From Eledone cirrhosa (lineage: Eukaryota), in contig CAXHJY010001288.1 in NCBI GenBank assembly GCA_964016885.1, forward strand, positions 1 to 64,000: a stretch of 64,000 nt of DNA. Direction: 5' to 3'. Each line of letters begins with the position of its first letter. Position 1 is the first letter of the stretch. The notes below the pieces were generated by a model. That model searched no databases, had not been told where the DNA came from, and saw only the letters and a program-made list of their open reading frames with translations. The position numbers were made by a program, and so were the translations under genes. Shown here in pieces: positions 61,401 to 64,000 of the stretch.

Positions 61401-64000
61401 AGACGTTGTGCAGTAGTTATGTTAGACATTGTGTAATATTTATGTTAGACATTGTGGAGTAGTTATGTTAGTTATTGTGGAGTAGTTATGTTAGACATTG
61501 TGGGGGTAGTTATGTTAGACATAGTGGAGTAGTTATGTTAGACATTGTGGGGGTAGTTATGTTAGACATAGTGGAGTAGTTATGTTAGACATTGTGGGGG
61601 TAGTTATGTTACACATATTGGAGTAGTTTTGTCAGACATTGTGGAGTAGTTATGTTAGTTATTATGGAGTTATGTTAGACATTGTGCAGCAGTTATGGTA
61701 GACATTGTGGAGTAGTTATGTTAGACATCGTGGAGTTATGTTAGACATAGTGGAGTAGTTATGTCGGAGATTGTTGAGTAGTTATGTTAGACATTGTGGA
61801 GTAGTTACGTTAGACATTTTGGAGTAATTATGTTAGTTATTGTGTAGTTATGTTAGACAGTGAGGAGTAGTTATGTTAGACATTGTGGAGTTATGTTAGA
61901 CATTGTGGAGTAGTTATGTTAGACATTGTGGAGTAGTTATGTTAGACATTGTGGAGTTATGTTAGACATTGTGGAGTAGTTATGTTAGACATTGTGGAGT
62001 AGTTATGTTAGACATTGTGGAGTAGTTATGTTAGACATTGTGTAGTAGATATGTCAGACATTGTGGAGTAGTTATGTTAGTTATTGTGGAGTAGATATGT
62101 CAGACATTGTGGAGTAGTTATGTTAGTTATTGTGGAGTAGTTATGTTAGTTATTGTGGAGTAGTTATGTTAGACATTGTGGAGTAGTTATGTTAGACATT
62201 GTGTAGTAGATATGTCAGACATTGTGGAGTAGTTATGTTAGTTATTGTGGAGTAGTTATGTTAGTTATTGTGGAGTAGTTATGTTAGTTATTGTGGAGTA
62301 GTTATGTTAGACATTGTGGAGTAGTTATGTTAGACATTGTGGAGTAGTTATGTTAGACATTGTGGAGTTATGTTAGACATTGTGGAGTTATGTTAGACAT
62401 TGTGGAGTTATGTTAGACATTGTGGAGTTTTGTCAGAAATGATGGAGTAGTTATGTCGGAGATTGTGGAGTAGTTATGTTAGACATTGTGGAGTAGTATG
62501 CTAGACATTGTGAAATAGTTATTTTAGACATTGTGGAGTAGTGATGTCAGACATTGTGGAGTAGTTATGTCAGACATTGTGGAGTAGTTATGTTAGATAT
62601 TGTGGGGTAGTTATGTCAGACATAGTGAAGTACTTATGTCAGACATTGTGGAATAGTTATGTTAGTTATAAGGGAGCAGTTATGTTAGACATTGTGGAGT
62701 AGTTATGTTAGACATTGTGGAGTAGTTATGTTAGACATTGTTGAGTAGTTATGTCAGACATTGTGGAGTAGTTAAGTTTAAACATTGTGGAGTTGTTATG
62801 TCACATATTGTGAAGTAGATATGTTAGACATTGTGGAGTAGTTATGTTAGTTATTGTGGAGTAGTTGTGTTAGTTATTGTGGAGTAGTTATGTTAGATAT
62901 TGTGGATTAGTTATGTTAGTTATTGTGGAGTAGTTATGTTAGATATTGTGGAGTAGTTATGTTAGATATTGTGGAGTAGTTATGTTAGACATTGTTGAGT
63001 AGTTAAATTTAAACATTGTGGAGTTGTTATGTCACATATTGTGAAGTAGATATGTTAGACATTGTGGAGTTATGTTAGACATTGTGGAGTAGTTATGTTA
63101 GAAAATATGGAGTAGTTATGTTAGACAATGTGGAGTAGTTATGTTAGAGATTGTGGAGCAGTTATGTTAGACATTGTGGAGTAGTTATGTCACTTATTGT
63201 GTAGTTATGTTAGTTATTGTGTAGTTATGTTAGACATTGTGGAGTAGTTATGTCACTTATTGTGTAGTTATGTTAGTTATTGTGTAGTTATGTTAGACAT
63301 TGTGGAGTAGTTATGTTACACATTGTGGAGTTATGTTAGACATTGTGGAGTAGTTATGTCAGTCATTGTGGAGTAGTTATGTTAGACATTGTGGAGTTAT
63401 GTTAGACATTGTGGGATAGTTATGTTAGTTATTGTGGGATAGTTATGTTAGTTATTGTGGAGTAGTTATGTTAGACATCATGGAGTAATTATGTTAGACA
63501 TTGTGGAGTAGTTATTTTAGACATTGTTGAGTAGTTATGTTAGACGTTGTGCAGTAGTTATGTTAGACATTGTGTAATATTTATGTTAGACATTGTGGAG
63601 TAGTTATGTTAGTTATTGTGGAGTAGTTATGTTAGACATTGTGGGGGTAGTTATGTTAGACATAGTGGAGTAGTTATGTTAGACATTGTGGGGGTAGTTA
63701 TGTTACACATAGTGGAGTAGTTATGTTAGACATTGTGGGGGTAGTTATGTTACACATATTGGAGTAGTTTTGTCAGACATTGTGGAGTAGTTATGTTAGT
63801 TATTATGGAGTTATGTTAGACATTGTGCAGCAGTTATGGTAGACATTGTGGAGTAGTTATATTAGACATTGTGGAATAGTTATGTTAGACATTGTGGAGT
63901 AGTTATGTTAGACATTGTGGAGTAGTTATGTTAGACATCGTGGAGTTATGTTAGACATAGTGGAGTAGTTATGTCGGAGATTGTTGAGTAGTTATGTTAG
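46403..64000. repeat. 23-bp satellite array, at least 17.6 kb (TTATGTTAGACATTGTGGAGTAG), with a TTAGTTATTG variant and a 20-bp deletion variant
   Basis: Directly visible, roughly 760-780 units, and runs off the window end. No ORF of 60 aa or more in any frame. Confidence 0.99.
46451..46641 (+). mobile_element. Young tRNA-derived SINE inserted in the satellite edge
   Basis: A box TGGCAGTATCGG, B box GAGTTCAAATCC, flanked by the TTAGACA direct repeat (46444-46450 and 46642-46648). Confidence 0.88.

Noticed and set aside
46403-64000. CRISPR-like or telomeric array
   Set aside because: Units are contiguous with no unique spacers and no cas genes, in a eukaryotic context. The TTAG in the unit is not a (TTAGGG)n telomere repeat.

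Overview
AT-rich, repeat-dense animal genomic DNA, most likely an octopus (inferred from the SINE/RTE repeat families and (CAT)n tails). The window carries 14 confidently spliced internal exons (about 466 codons) plus one candidate start exon of a + strand PDXDC1 (pyridoxal-dependent decarboxylase domain-containing 1) ortholog; the gene is unfinished at the right edge. One intron (27457-29807) has textbook minor-spliceosome (U12) signals. The introns hold a full-length, apparently intact 5.3-kb CR1/L2-group LINE (18324-23613). Its ORF2 has no usable AUG and overlaps ORF1 in the -1 frame exactly at a canonical G GGA AAC slippery heptamer, suggesting programmed -1 ribosomal frameshifting. The introns also hold a 5'-truncated RTE LINE with a PHD-like finger, tRNA-derived SINEs, piggyBac-type and Tigger-type MITEs, Tc1/mariner relics, a non-autonomous Helitron, several minisatellites and foldback hairpins. 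The last 17.6 kb is a 23-bp satellite array with a 5,374-bp internal tandem duplication. All calls were made by eye; family assignments rest on recalled motifs, not on database searches.
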